64,000 nucleotides of DNA from a virus. The position numbers and the translations under genes were made by a program. The notes under the pieces are model-generated. The model was not told the DNA's origin. It saw only the letters and a program-made list of their open reading frames with translations, and did not search any database. Shown here one piece after another: positions 26,879 to 37,400 of this stretch; within the stretch, counting starts at the first letter, position 1, and the number at the start of each line of letters is the position of its first letter. The stretch covers positions 32,001-96,000 of IMG/VR virus record IMGVR_UViG_3300009528_000013; one strand, written 5' to 3'.

Positions 26879-28024
26879 ATGGATCAGATCGAGAAAGCGT
26901 TGAAGTTAAGCGATGTCGATGTCTTGGTTCCAAAAGAGATCGACAGGGTGATCCAACACCTGGCAACATTCGACAATCCGATTCGCGCGAACATGCCCAG
27001 ACGGACAGGTTCGGGCAAATCCTGGATTCTCGTGCAGAGGACTCCTGCTACTGACAATAAGATTGCCTTCTACAGCCCCGATACGAAGACATTTACCACC
27101 GGCGGAAAGGGCACCTACGCCGATCAGGAATTCACGTATCGGACCATTGGCGTCAACGGTGAGATCATGCGTACCGCAGTTCTCGCCACCAAGGATCAGC
27201 TTGATCTGAAGACCGAGGAGATTGAACAGAGGATTCTGGAGTTCAAGAACAAGGAAGAGTGGTGCATGATCTGGGCGAAGCATTTCGCGGCTCCGAACGA
27301 GAATTACGAGTACGACGGGATCGACACGTTGATCACCGACGCTCGGACTCTTCGGATAGCGAATACCGCGGTCGGGGCGGCACTCACTCTCGCCAAGATG
27401 GATGAGTTCATCGACAAGTGCGCACCGTTTAAGCCGAAGATGCTGATTATGTCGTTGGCTGCTCGGCGTCAGTTGTCGAGCGCACTTCAGCCGCAGCAGA
27501 TGTTCCTGGACATGATGGACGTGAAGGGCGGATTCCGGGTACCCTCGTACCTCGAAATTCCGATCTTTACCTCTTCGAATGTCCCGGATACGATCGGTCT
27601 CAATGCTGATGGGTACGCCGCGCAACGGTTGGTGTCAACCTACGTCTCCGGGACTCAGTTCACCATTGTCGGTGATGTGAGTCTGGACTATAAGGTTGGG
27701 GCCACGGTCAACATGGATTGCGGGGCAGACGGCATCATCGCCGCTACCATCTCGGTTGTCTCTTATTCATCGCCGAATACGACGGTGACTATCAGCGCGT
27801 CACTCGCAACGACCAATCTGTTGACCACGATCATCACCGGATCTACGACGACTCTCTTCGCGCTTAACTGGGATTTTCTGTGGGTCGGTGAGCGCCAGAA
27901 GCTGACGTATGAAGAGATCAAGCTTTCGAGTCAGTACACGAGTTTCGACATCTTCGAGGACGTTACCGTCGTGTTGTCGAATCCTCTGCCTCAAGCCAAG
28001 CTGACCGGAGTTAAGATCGGCTAA
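26879..28024 (+). CDS. major capsid protein (HK97 fold)
   Basis: Position; LVPKEID..I, EE.C.IW, YDGI..LI; 381 aa. Confidence 0.85.
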   Translation: MDQIEKALKLSDVDVLVPKEIDRVIQHLATFDNPIRANMPRRTGSGKSWILVQRTPATDNKIAFYSPDTKTFTTGGKGTYADQEFTYRTIGVNGEIMRTAVLATKDQLDLKTEEIEQRILEFKNKEEWCMIWAKHFAAPNENYEYDGIDTLITDARTLRIANTAVGAALTLAKMDEFIDKCAPFKPKMLIMSLAARRQLSSALQPQQMFLDMMDVKGGFRVPSYLEIPIFTSSNVPDTIGLNADGYAAQRLVSTYVSGTQFTIVGDVSLDYKVGATVNMDCGADGIIAATISVVSYSSPNTTVTISASLATTNLLTTIITGSTTTLFALNWDFLWVGERQKLTYEEIKLSSQYTSFDIFEDVTVVLSNPLPQAKLTGVKIG

Positions 28025-28045
28025 GCGCAGGTCCTGAATTTTACT

Positions 28046-28090
28046 GAAGAGACGTTTTGGAAGACGAAACTTCTACGAGTCTCTTCTTTG
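28046..28090 (+). terminator. hairpin after the capsid gene (possible terminator)
   Basis: GAAGAGAC...GTCTCTTC followed by TTTG. Confidence 0.3.
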
Positions 28091-28103
28091 TGGAGGATTT
28101 GAG

Positions 28104-28577
28104 ATGAGAATGTATTCTGAGAAGTTTTCAAAGATCGCCTGGTTTCAGATTTGGACTTACGATGAAGTCGTAACTGTCGAGAAAGGTTATGCCAAGGTTA
28201 CTCATCCGAATTCGATCATCGCTCTGAAAACGCCTCGGAAGGGGAGTTTCGTGGAAGTGCCGGAAGTACCGGAAGTCCTGCCGGACGCTGAAAACACCGA
28301 AGTTGAGACGGCTGAGACCGAGACGATTGAAGTCGAGACGGCTGAGACCGAGACGGCTGAAGTCGAGACGATTGAAGTCGAGACGATTGAAGTCGAGACG
28401 GCTGAAGGGGAGACGCCAAGTCCCATGACATTTGAGTTGGATGAGTCGCCCGAAGAGAAAAGTGATGATCAGAGTCAAGCCGAACCTCCGACCGAGGAGA
28501 CCGCCTTGACCGTAGAGGATGTCGAGGTACTGGTAACGAGGTCGGGACGCCCCGGGCGAAAGAAAAGGAAGAGGTAA
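28104..28577 (+). CDS. hypothetical protein with acidic VET(A/I)E repeats
   Basis: ORF track; 15-bp repeat units; basic C-terminus. Confidence 0.7.
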   Translation: MRMYSEKFSKIAWFQIWTYDEVVTVEKGYAKVTHPNSIIALKTPRKGSFVEVPEVPEVLPDAENTEVETAETETIEVETAETETAEVETIEVETIEVETAEGETPSPMTFELDESPEEKSDDQSQAEPPTEETALTVEDVEVLVTRSGRPGRKKRKR

Positions 28578-28589
28578 GCGGAGGCGGTA

Positions 28590-29123
28590 ATGGCGATTGT
28601 ATCTCTTGAAGAGGTCATTCAATTCCTAAATATGACAGAGAGCTTCAAATTGACGATGGTTACTGAAGCGATCAATGAACTGATCCCAGATCTTTGCGGA
28701 AGAGTTTTCGATTTAGCTACTTACACCGAGAAAATCTTCTTGCGCTTTCCGAATCTCGTTCTACGTCTCAGTAACTATCCGGTTGTTTCCATAACATCTT
28801 TGACGAATAAGGCCGGAACTACTGTCACACCACTCGATGAAGATCTTGCGGCGGGACTGGTGATGTTGCAAACGGACTACTGGGATGGTATTAGTTCCGA
28901 TGCGACTATTCCGACAGATATTTTCGACATAACATATCCTGCGGGGTATACTACTATCCCAAAGATGTTGAAGATCGCTGCCTTTGCCATTATCGAAGAT
29001 CGGATGGAGATCGGCGATACCAGCATCACGAAACAGAAATTGGACGATCGTTCCTTCGAGCGTAAGCGTGCATTGCCTCCGCTCGCCATAGAGATTTTGG
29101 TACGGTACGGCATGGTGATTTGA
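28590..29123 (+). CDS. head-tail connector protein
   Basis: IVSLEEV..FL, L.L..YPV.SI.S, ITY.AGY..IP..LK.A. Confidence 0.8.
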   Translation: MAIVSLEEVIQFLNMTESFKLTMVTEAINELIPDLCGRVFDLATYTEKIFLRFPNLVLRLSNYPVVSITSLTNKAGTTVTPLDEDLAAGLVMLQTDYWDGISSDATIPTDIFDITYPAGYTTIPKMLKIAAFAIIEDRMEIGDTSITKQKLDDRSFERKRALPPLAIEILVRYGMVI

Positions 29124-29124
29124 A

Positions 29125-29712
29125 ATGCTGAAGCCCTTTTTTAAGACAAAGATCACGCTTCTCCATCGCCGCTTCGAAATTTACGACGGCCCAGTCCAAA
29201 GCACCCTCCCATTTTCAGCGATACCAGCCGGTTCTTGTCTTGCCTTCACGTTGTCAGAAGCGAAGACCTTGACATTCGATATAACCGGAAAAAAGAATTC
29301 GACACCTGTTTCCGAATCGGTTGCCCTCACAGCAGAAGTTGAGAACCGGGGCTTCCAGCTATTCGATACCTTAGATTCGATTGCAGCGACTGGCGATTTG
29401 GGTGGAAACGTTAAAGTATATCCTTTGCGGGGAGATGGTTCTCCGGCCACCGGATCCGAAACCGGAGAAGATATTTTGGTGGATAAGTCTGCCGATCCTT
29501 ATACAATTTCCGTCGAGGTCCCGGGCGAAGCCCGCGCGCTACGTCAACGGTTTAAGTATTTTTTTCCAAATAGGGATGATATTGTAGAGGGACTTGAATT
29601 TTTAGATAGTGGAGTGAAATATAAAGTTGAATCGGTTGTTCCGATCAGGGGCTTTCCGAATTTCGTTTCGCATTTGAAAGTGGTGGTCAGCCGGGAACCT
29701 TACGAACTCTGA
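29125..29712 (+). CDS. putative head-closure/adaptor protein
   Basis: Position; C-terminal DI..G.......YKV..V. Confidence 0.5.
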   Translation: MLKPFFKTKITLLHRRFEIYDGPVQSTLPFSAIPAGSCLAFTLSEAKTLTFDITGKKNSTPVSESVALTAEVENRGFQLFDTLDSIAATGDLGGNVKVYPLRGDGSPATGSETGEDILVDKSADPYTISVEVPGEARALRQRFKYFFPNRDDIVEGLEFLDSGVKYKVESVVPIRGFPNFVSHLKVVVSREPYEL

Positions 29713-29715
29713 GGT

Positions 29716-31980
29716 GTGAAATTGAAAATTGATATTTTGGTTCCAACGAGAAATGGTCTGAGCGATTCTGTGCAGATGTTCGATTCTTTACAGAGGACAA
29801 CCAGCCGGTACCGTTTAACCATAATTGATTCGGAGAGTTCAGACGGAACTCCAGAGTTCTTTGAAAGCCAGAGTATCCGGGTTCTGAGAGTTCGTGACCG
29901 AGGTTTCGGGCACGCCATAAACACGGGTCTGGAAATAGTTGAAAGCAATGTTTTTGTTCTTTTGAACAATGATATAGTTCTTACCGAAGGGTGGCTCGAA
30001 GGCTTGCTCGATACGAAAGAACGAGCCGGGAAGAGCGTTGGTTTTGTGGGTCCGGTAAGCAATTACGCCAAGAATCATCAGAAGGTCGTGGTACCTGAGA
30101 GGGGGGCGCTCGAAGACTTTTCGAGAAAGCACCGGTCGGAACATGCTGGCATGATTACAGAAATCGGAACTCTCGGATTTTTCTGCACCCTGCTTGATTC
30201 TGAGATGATCAATGAGGTCGGAGAGCTTGAAGAGTGGGGGCCGGGTGGTTTCGAGGACGATGACTATCAAATTCGGGCGTGGGAAAAAGGCTGGAAAACG
30301 TTACTGAACAAAGAGGTCTTCATTTTTCACCGCGGAGGGCAGACCTTTCAGCGGGAATTTGGAGGTCAAGAACGGGTCTTTGATAACCGATTTCGGTACT
30401 ACGAAAAGCATTACCGGCCGGAGCCGAAGATCGTTGCAATTTACCGGGTGCATAATGACAGAGATAATTTCATTGATTCCTTAGAACAGACTTCGAAGCA
30501 AGTTGATGTGATTTACGTTTTCGATGATCGGTCCGACCCTCCGTTACGTGAGATTATTCAACATTTTCCAAAAATCAAGAGGTACTACTACAAGGAGCCG
30601 GACCAGGGATTCGATGAATACGCAGATCGGATGGTCCTGTTGGGGTGGTTGGAAGGATGTGGTTGCGATTGGGCATTGGCTTTGGACTCCGACGAGCAGC
30701 TTGAAGGATATGTTACCTTTCAAAAGCTCCACGACCTCGTTCGAGTTCCAGATCCCTCAATTCGGCAGATTATTTTTCCTGAGATCACCTTCTGGAATCG
30801 TACCCATTATCGGAATGACGGTCTCTGGGCCGATATGACGAGAGGAAAACTTTTCCGTATCGGGCCAGAAATGAGTTTGAGCCGACACGGAAACAGACAG
30901 TCCTTGCCAGGGCTACACTGTTCATCGTTCCCCTTGTACCCGGAGGATTGCCGAAGAGGTACTACTCTTCGAGTTTTGCATTACGGATACAATTCGGAAG
31001 AACAGCGGGAAAGGAAGTTTGAATTTTACCAGGATGGAGACCAAGAGAAGAATGTCAATTGGATCGGTGCTCCTGACTACTCGCATCTCCGCGATGAGAG
31101 TCGGATGCTTCTCGTAAAATATGTACCGGGAGTACACGCCTCTCTGAACATCTTAGCTAGACTGGAGGATTTAGCCGATCTCTCCGAAGTGCTACTCGAA
31201 TCTTGGGGAGCGTTTCAACAACGATTGATTTATCTCGATCGGGATCCAGAGTTTTTTGTCGAACCCGATCATCGGAGCCCAATTCTTCCCGACATCGATC
31301 AACTTAAAAAGCTTTTCCAGGTCGAAGTAATCTTCGGGAAATGCAAAGACTTTTCGGCTAAGCGAAATCTTCTTCTTTCGCAGTCGCAAGAAGATTGGGT
31401 TTTTTCTCTCGATACGGATGAACGATTTGAGGGCTGGCCGATCCTTCGAAAGTTGCTCGACTTTCCTACGGATGCCTGGATGTTTTGGGTCCAGAATCTT
31501 AGAAAGGACGGGCGGCATACGATTACCGAGCGTGTGCGGCTGTTTCATTTAGATAATCGGGTTCGTTGGTCGGGAGCGATTCATGAGCATATCGAAGTAT
31601 CGGGAGCGGTCTCAGTTTCGCCCGTGGGAATTGTGCATCTGGGCTTTCTCAAAGAGGAAGAATTTCTTCAAGAAAAACTGCGAGACTACGAGGCAAAGAT
31701 TCGTTCCGAATTAGAAAAAACTCCGAATGATCCGATCCTGCTTTTTTCATTGGCTCTTCATCTCCGAGAGAAGGGAGAAGACGGAGTAGTCGAGTTGTTG
31801 AGAAAAGCAATTCGGCTTGATCCGAAATTTGTTCAGGCAAGAACAGAATTGGGTTTGATTCTTCTTCGAGAGTCCCGGGATCACATTTCTTCAGCGGTGG
31901 ACATTATGCCGGATTCTTATCCTCTGAAACAAAGCTACCAGACCTTACTTGGGAGCGTCAATGATTTCACTCAGGATTAA
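29716..31980 (+). CDS. multi-domain GT2 glycosyltransferase with C-terminal TPR
   Basis: LLNND, GFEDDD, LDSDE and LDTDE in three GT-A modules; TPR-like tail. Confidence 0.85.
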   Translation: MKLKIDILVPTRNGLSDSVQMFDSLQRTTSRYRLTIIDSESSDGTPEFFESQSIRVLRVRDRGFGHAINTGLEIVESNVFVLLNNDIVLTEGWLEGLLDTKERAGKSVGFVGPVSNYAKNHQKVVVPERGALEDFSRKHRSEHAGMITEIGTLGFFCTLLDSEMINEVGELEEWGPGGFEDDDYQIRAWEKGWKTLLNKEVFIFHRGGQTFQREFGGQERVFDNRFRYYEKHYRPEPKIVAIYRVHNDRDNFIDSLEQTSKQVDVIYVFDDRSDPPLREIIQHFPKIKRYYYKEPDQGFDEYADRMVLLGWLEGCGCDWALALDSDEQLEGYVTFQKLHDLVRVPDPSIRQIIFPEITFWNRTHYRNDGLWADMTRGKLFRIGPEMSLSRHGNRQSLPGLHCSSFPLYPEDCRRGTTLRVLHYGYNSEEQRERKFEFYQDGDQEKNVNWIGAPDYSHLRDESRMLLVKYVPGVHASLNILARLEDLADLSEVLLESWGAFQQRLIYLDRDPEFFVEPDHRSPILPDIDQLKKLFQVEVIFGKCKDFSAKRNLLLSQSQEDWVFSLDTDERFEGWPILRKLLDFPTDAWMFWVQNLRKDGRHTITERVRLFHLDNRVRWSGAIHEHIEVSGAVSVSPVGIVHLGFLKEEEFLQEKLRDYEAKIRSELEKTPNDPILLFSLALHLREKGEDGVVELLRKAIRLDPKFVQARTELGLILLRESRDHISSAVDIMPDSYPLKQSYQTLLGSVNDFTQD

Positions 31981-32482
31981 AGATCGTGCAACGCCCTATC
32001 TGAAGCAAGTTTATGGGCAAGAGATGAACCGAGTCATCAGGAACCTTTCGACAGCCGCTGACTTTATTCTGGAGAAGTTCCAGGATGCCACTTCGCCGAG
32101 TCCAAATTATAGTTTAGCCCAGCTTAAAGCGATGGGGTATCCTTACGGAATTTTACCAACAGTAAAACCCCGATCACCGATTCCTCATGCTCCTGAGTGG
32201 CTAATCAACCGGCAAACCGGGCAGCTTAACCGAGACTTGGCCGTTTTCCCGATTAACGTAACTGCCGAATCAATTTGGATTCAGATCGGAGTAAAGAGAG
32301 GTTCGAAGACCGAAAAATACGGGCCGATGGTCATTCTCGGTACATCAAAAATGGTCGGAAGAAATTTTATGATGGAGTCAGTGATGGGCAATCTTCAGAT
32401 TATCCGCAAGCTGATGCTCCGAACCAGAATAAGGAAGGGAGCCGCGTGGAAAATAAAGACAGGGGCCCCGTGGCGTGATTAA
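31961..32482 (+). CDS. neck/tail-completion protein (HK97 gp10-like)
   Basis: QTGQL.R.L, YG..V..GT.KM..R.F. Confidence 0.7.
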   Translation: MISLRIKDRATPYLKQVYGQEMNRVIRNLSTAADFILEKFQDATSPSPNYSLAQLKAMGYPYGILPTVKPRSPIPHAPEWLINRQTGQLNRDLAVFPINVTAESIWIQIGVKRGSKTEKYGPMVILGTSKMVGRNFMMESVMGNLQIIRKLMLRTRIRKGAAWKIKTGAPWRD

Positions 32483-32497
32483 GATGGAGGTTCTCCC

Positions 32498-32890
32498 GTG
32501 GAAGGGACATGGAAAAAGAATCTCATTCAAATGCTGGTTCAGACAACCTCAATCCGGGATCAAGTCGGATGGAGAGTTTACCCCGCTCGACTCGCGAGCG
32601 TTCAGGATCCGAAGTTTCCATGTATTAACTTTGAAACTGAAGGGGGCGCTTTTCCCTATCGAGGTGCTCCGTACTCAACTTTTTCAATTCGCTTTTGGTT
32701 TTACACCGAAGAATCAATGGGGGCCGCGCATAAATTATATGCGCTTGGAGATGCAGTCTTGAGAAACTCTATCATCGTTGGCGAGGAAATGTCGGCTGTT
32801 TTGGATCCAGCGTCAAGACCAGTTGAAATTTCCGAGTCTGATTTGTTTTGTGAAACAGTCAACTATTTTGGGAGAGCAATTCATGGCTGA
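32498..32890 (+). CDS. tail terminator protein
   Basis: VG.RVYP......P.FP.I; position. Confidence 0.7.
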   Translation: MEGTWKKNLIQMLVQTTSIRDQVGWRVYPARLASVQDPKFPCINFETEGGAFPYRGAPYSTFSIRFWFYTEESMGAAHKLYALGDAVLRNSIIVGEEMSAVLDPASRPVEISESDLFCETVNYFGRAIHG

Positions 32891-33113
32891 AAATGAGTTG
32901 AAAGTAGGTACGCTGCCGTGGAAATGTGAGAATTGCAAAGCAAAACTTGGGATGCTTGATGTCGGTCGGAGTGTTCTGACGATCAAAGTCAAAGATGCTT
33001 ACATCTGGGTCAGGAACGGGGATGTCTCGATGACTTGCCGGAATTGCGGATCCATCAATACGCTGGAGCAAGAGTCAGAACAAAGAGTTTCAGAGGAGTC
33101 AAAGGAGGGATAA
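32883..33113 (+). CDS. Mu Com-like Zn-ribbon protein
   Basis: WKCENC...L...CRNCG.IN. Confidence 0.65.
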   Translation: MAENELKVGTLPWKCENCKAKLGMLDVGRSVLTIKVKDAYIWVRNGDVSMTCRNCGSINTLEQESEQRVSEESKEG

Positions 33114-33116
33114 GAG

Positions 33117-33701
33117 ATGGGTGTCTTTAATATGCCGACCGTCGATGACAAACAGCTATCCTTCGGACCAGGAGTAGTCTCAATGGCTTTGGCTGGTGTA
33201 ACGCCGACAGGTGACGTGGGTGCTGTTGATGTTGGAATGGTTTTGACTCATTCGGTCGATGCGCTGGATGCTTTGCAGGGATCGCCAAGAAGGATCGTTG
33301 CGAGTTTCCGGCAAGCCGAAGGAGTTACGTTCGCTTTCACCGGGCTTCAATGGAATCTCGCCAATATGAAGATGTACGTCGGTGGCGGAGAGTACACTGC
33401 AGCAGCATCGGATGAAACCTTTGGCTTCGGCGGTTCGTTGCGCTTTACCGAAGTATCGATGATATTGCGACATCAGATGCCGCCGAATGTCGGAAAAACG
33501 GTTGGGGATACCATTGAGATCCGGATCTGGAAAGCACGCTCAATTGGCGATATGCCGATCGCTTTCTCCGAGGATTTACACACTTTCCCAGTCAGTTTCC
33601 AGGCGCTTGATGCAGGTTACGAGTGGGGGAACGATACGTGTCCGGCGATAACTGGTGACGAGCGGTACTACCGGATGAATCGAGTTGTTGCACCTACATA
33701 A
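33117..33701 (+). CDS. major tail tube protein
   Basis: FGPG.V, VG...G, position before chaperone and tape measure. Confidence 0.75.
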   Translation: MGVFNMPTVDDKQLSFGPGVVSMALAGVTPTGDVGAVDVGMVLTHSVDALDALQGSPRRIVASFRQAEGVTFAFTGLQWNLANMKMYVGGGEYTAAASDETFGFGGSLRFTEVSMILRHQMPPNVGKTVGDTIEIRIWKARSIGDMPIAFSEDLHTFPVSFQALDAGYEWGNDTCPAITGDERYYRMNRVVAPT

Positions 33702-33790
33702 AGCGTGGTAGTCACACAAATAGCAAACGACAGGCAACTCTAAATTTGGTTCAGGTCAGAGAGGCCGGAAAGAACCGAAAGGAGGTCAGC

Positions 33791-34231
33791 ATGTCGGGTC
33801 CCACAGTAGTGGCCGACGAGAAAGGTACCGACGAGAAGGACGAAGCTCAAATCTGGGGTGAGATTCCGGAGAAAGTCAAACTCACAACGATCGGTGGAGA
33901 AGAGATTGAGGTAGTTTTGAGATTTCCTGCGAAGAAAGAGCTTCAAGTTATCGCCGCGATTCGCAAGGAAACTAAGAAAGCAGGATCGGAAGTTGAGAAG
34001 CTGGTGAATGAGGACCTGAACACCGTAGAGATGATCAATTTGGCGTTGGCGTACATCCCGGAGCTATCGATTCAAGTGGCTGCACTCCTGATGGAAAGAG
34101 AAAAGACCTGGGTTGAAGAAAACCTGTCTTTCGCTTCTATCGCAAAGGTGGTGAAGCCTTTTTTTATGAGTTGGCTCGGCATCTTAGACCGGAAAACTCT
34201 GGAGACATTTCTACAGTTCGGTCTAAGTTAG
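33791..34231 (+). CDS. tail assembly chaperone (G)
   Basis: GGAGG RBS; position; slippery T TTT TTT at 34159-34165. Confidence 0.75.
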   Translation: MSGPTVVADEKGTDEKDEAQIWGEIPEKVKLTTIGGEEIEVVLRFPAKKELQVIAAIRKETKKAGSEVEKLVNEDLNTVEMINLALAYIPELSIQVAALLMEREKTWVEENLSFASIAKVVKPFFMSWLGILDRKTLETFLQFGLS

Positions 34232-34458
34232 GGATATCGAAAGTGCTCTGGTATTTTTCTTCGGAATTTGGATGGACGGTTGACGAGACTCTGAAGCGGA
34301 CAATTGATGAGCTCGAATTGTTGCTCGAAGCAGGACTCGAGGTCGTTCACAGTGAATCTGGACAACAGCCCCGGAAACCGACTTTCCAAGCCTCAGATCC
34401 GGGTCAATTAGCAGCATTTGTGAGTCAGGTCGGAATTCAGATTCATCAGGAGGGATGA
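34171..34458 (+). CDS. -1 frameshift extension of the chaperone (GT)
   Basis: -1 frame relative to G; FGWT...L..T..EL..L pattern. Confidence 0.7.
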   Translation: MARHLRPENSGDISTVRSKLGISKVLWYFSSEFGWTVDETLKRTIDELELLLEAGLEVVHSESGQQPRKPTFQASDPGQLAAFVSQVGIQIHQEG

Positions 34459-34459
34459 A

Positions 34460-37400
34460 ATGCCCGATCCGCAGGGTCTCGAAGCGACAGGAATAGCGCT
34501 TGGAACGCTTGCTATCACTTTACTGGCCCGAACGAAAGCTTTTCGGGATCAGATGGCTAAAGCGTTAAATGCGCTGAAGAAGTTCAACGCCGAAGCTTCG
34601 AAACAGAAAGCGGCTTTCGCTGGAATGGCGAAAGCCGTTAGTGCATCGGTACGAGAGACAACGAGTGCGGTCACTGCCGGAACGAAGCAAACTCAGAGCG
34701 CAATGTCTGCGGTTAGCAAGCAGTACAAAACTTCCTCGGATCAGGCGCAAGCTTCTGGCAGGAAGACTCGCACCTCGGTTCAACAAACAGCCAGTACGAT
34801 GGATAAGGCTGGAAAGCAGATGATATCCCGGGGCAAACAACAACTGGGCGCGATCATCTCATTTCAGGAGGGGGTCGCAAAGTTTATTAAATTGAACGTG
34901 AGATGGTTTGTGGTTTGGCGAAGTTTCTGGTTTTTGTGGTCGAAATTGCAAGATGCCTTAGAGAATATCAATGTGCTGATGCATGAAACCTCATTGGCTC
35001 TTCGAACTGGTGCGGATGCCTTGAGTAACGAGGTCGAACTGCTGGTTAAACGGAATGCTCTAACCCGGGAAGCGATCCGGTTCACCGCGCAGCATACAAA
35101 AAGTCTCCGGGATTATATCAAGTCATTCTACTATCTGACGACCGCCGGCCTAGCTTGGAACGTTGCACAAGAGACGATTGATACCACGATGGAGACTGCC
35201 ATCGCGCTCGATGAAGATGCCATTCAAACAACTCGAACGCTGACTTCGTTGTATAATGTCTTCGGAAAGACGCTGACCACTGCTCGGACGCCAGTTGCGA
35301 AGATGCAGAAGATTTCGGCGATCCTAACCGCCACTTTTAGGCAACAAGACATTGAAATGGCGGATTACAACAAGGCAATGACTTACGTCGGCGCTTTAAG
35401 TAAGACTGCCGGAGTTTCGTTAGAGGTTTTAGTTGCTTCGCTTGGAGTCTTAGGAACGCACTTTGTTAAAAGCTCGAAGGGTGGGACTGCTTTAGCTCGT
35501 ACTTTCGCTCGACTGCTGAGGTATCCGGAGCGCCTTGCAAAAGTCACTGGCTTTGCTTTTGATCCGTCTAGGCCTCTGCAATTTGAACAAGCGGTGAGGT
35601 TGATTGGCCAGGAGCTTCGCAAGTCGTCTTCAGATACTGATGAATTTGCGGTCAGTACTCAGAAAGCTGCTGAGATGATTGATCTCTTGGGTTTACGTGG
35701 GATTCGAGTGATTACACTGGCTGAGAACTTTGAGAAGCTGGCCGAACAGATTCGGATAAACAGAGAAGCAACTTATGATCTGGTCGAATCGATGGTTGCG
35801 CTGGTCGAATCCGACCCCTCCGCACAATTAAAAATACTCGGCAATGCCGTTTCGATGAACATTACAGCGATGGTTCGGGGTGCGATTCAGACCCAAACGT
35901 TCTCGGGGCAACTTGCTTCTCTTAACAAGGTTCTTTTAAGAGCCATCGATTTGTCCGAAGATCTCGGTCGTGCGGTGGGAATGCTGCTAGGTTCTATAGA
36001 GAAAATTCCCGTGGCGCTGATTGCTTGGCGCCTGTCCTCTGGAAAAGCAATCGCTCCGACATCGGCGCTCGGAAAATGGGTTGATAGGCTTGGATTAAGT
36101 TTGCTCTTGGTAGGGAGAGCGTTCACTCGGACTAAGGTAAATCAGAGAGTGATCGGTCTTGGAGCGGCAATGAAAGGCATTGTTGGGAACTTTACAAAGT
36201 TTGTCCCGGCGATTGGCCGAGTATTAGGAAGGCTTGGAAAATTCGCGGGTTGGTTCGGAATAGCAATTGGTGCGATGGGTGCTTTCGGTGTGGCCTGGGA
36301 TGCGATAACTGGAAAATTTACGAAGAAGTCTATGCAGTTTGCTTTCGAAGAGGTAGCGATTCAGAAGGGTTTGCTTTCGAAGATTGCCTCCTTTCTTAGT
36401 CTTCGAAATCTTTCCTATCGGATTGCAAATTACAAGTTGATGAAAATGTGGGAGAAGAGAAGGGATGCCTATGCAAAGGAGTTGGATAAGGAAGAATTGA
36501 CTGAGACCGAGCACGCGCAAAGGATGCAGGAATACATGATCCGTACTTGGTCAATTTGGCTTGGAGTCGAAGAAACGCAACTGAGGAAGAGAATGGGTCT
36601 GATTACGGAGGCCGACGAAGAACTGATGGGCGAGCGAGTTCGTATCGAAGGTGAAACTCTACAGGAACTCCGAAAACTACAACAGTCCGGTTTAGAAAAT
36701 CAGCTTTACGCTTTAGATCAGCGCATCATGGTCATGAAGGCAAAGGAAGCTGATGCCAGTCTGATCGAAACTTATTTTACTACAAAAAGAGAGGCAATCT
36801 TTTCAAAGGCTTTGAAGGGACTCAGTGAAAAGTATCGTAAAGCTTGGGATGCAATGCGACAGACTCAGAAAACCTCGTTAGACAGACAGCTTGAGGATTC
36901 TCGGGCGGCAGGATCCGAGCTTGAAAAAATATACGCTCTGAATCTGTTAATCCGGGCTCGAATGCAGTACGAAGCAGGAACTGCAGAAGCGGATATAATT
37001 TCCGATGCGATGAAAGCGCTGGAAAATGAAACGCTTGAAGGAATGAACGCGATAGAAATGGCTCGGATACAAGCAAGGCACTACGGTTTGGATGACCTGT
37101 ATGAATTGCTTCAGGAGTCGGCGGACAAAGAAAAATTACTTCAGGTCAATAAAGGGATCGCCCTGCTCCAGATTGAAAAGAAGGCGCTTAAAGAGTTGAC
37201 AGGTCTTTTGAAGGAGCAGACAAACTTTCGCCACGGGAAATTGATCGCGGGCGGCAAAAAAGACCTGGTAGCCTTGAAACAGAATTACGAAAAACGGAAG
37301 ACGGCGGCCGCAGAAGAGGTTGCAGAAATTACTGAATCTAGAGAAGCGAGTCAAAGTGCACAGACGGCTGCAACCAAAGCGCATCAAAAGGCATTGACCA

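Noticed and set aside
28044-28086. CTGAAGA...GAAAC...GTC after the capsid gene looks like a hammerhead core
   Set aside because: No stem I pairing and three extra bases before stem II; the GAAGAGAC/GTCTCTTC hairpin explains it better
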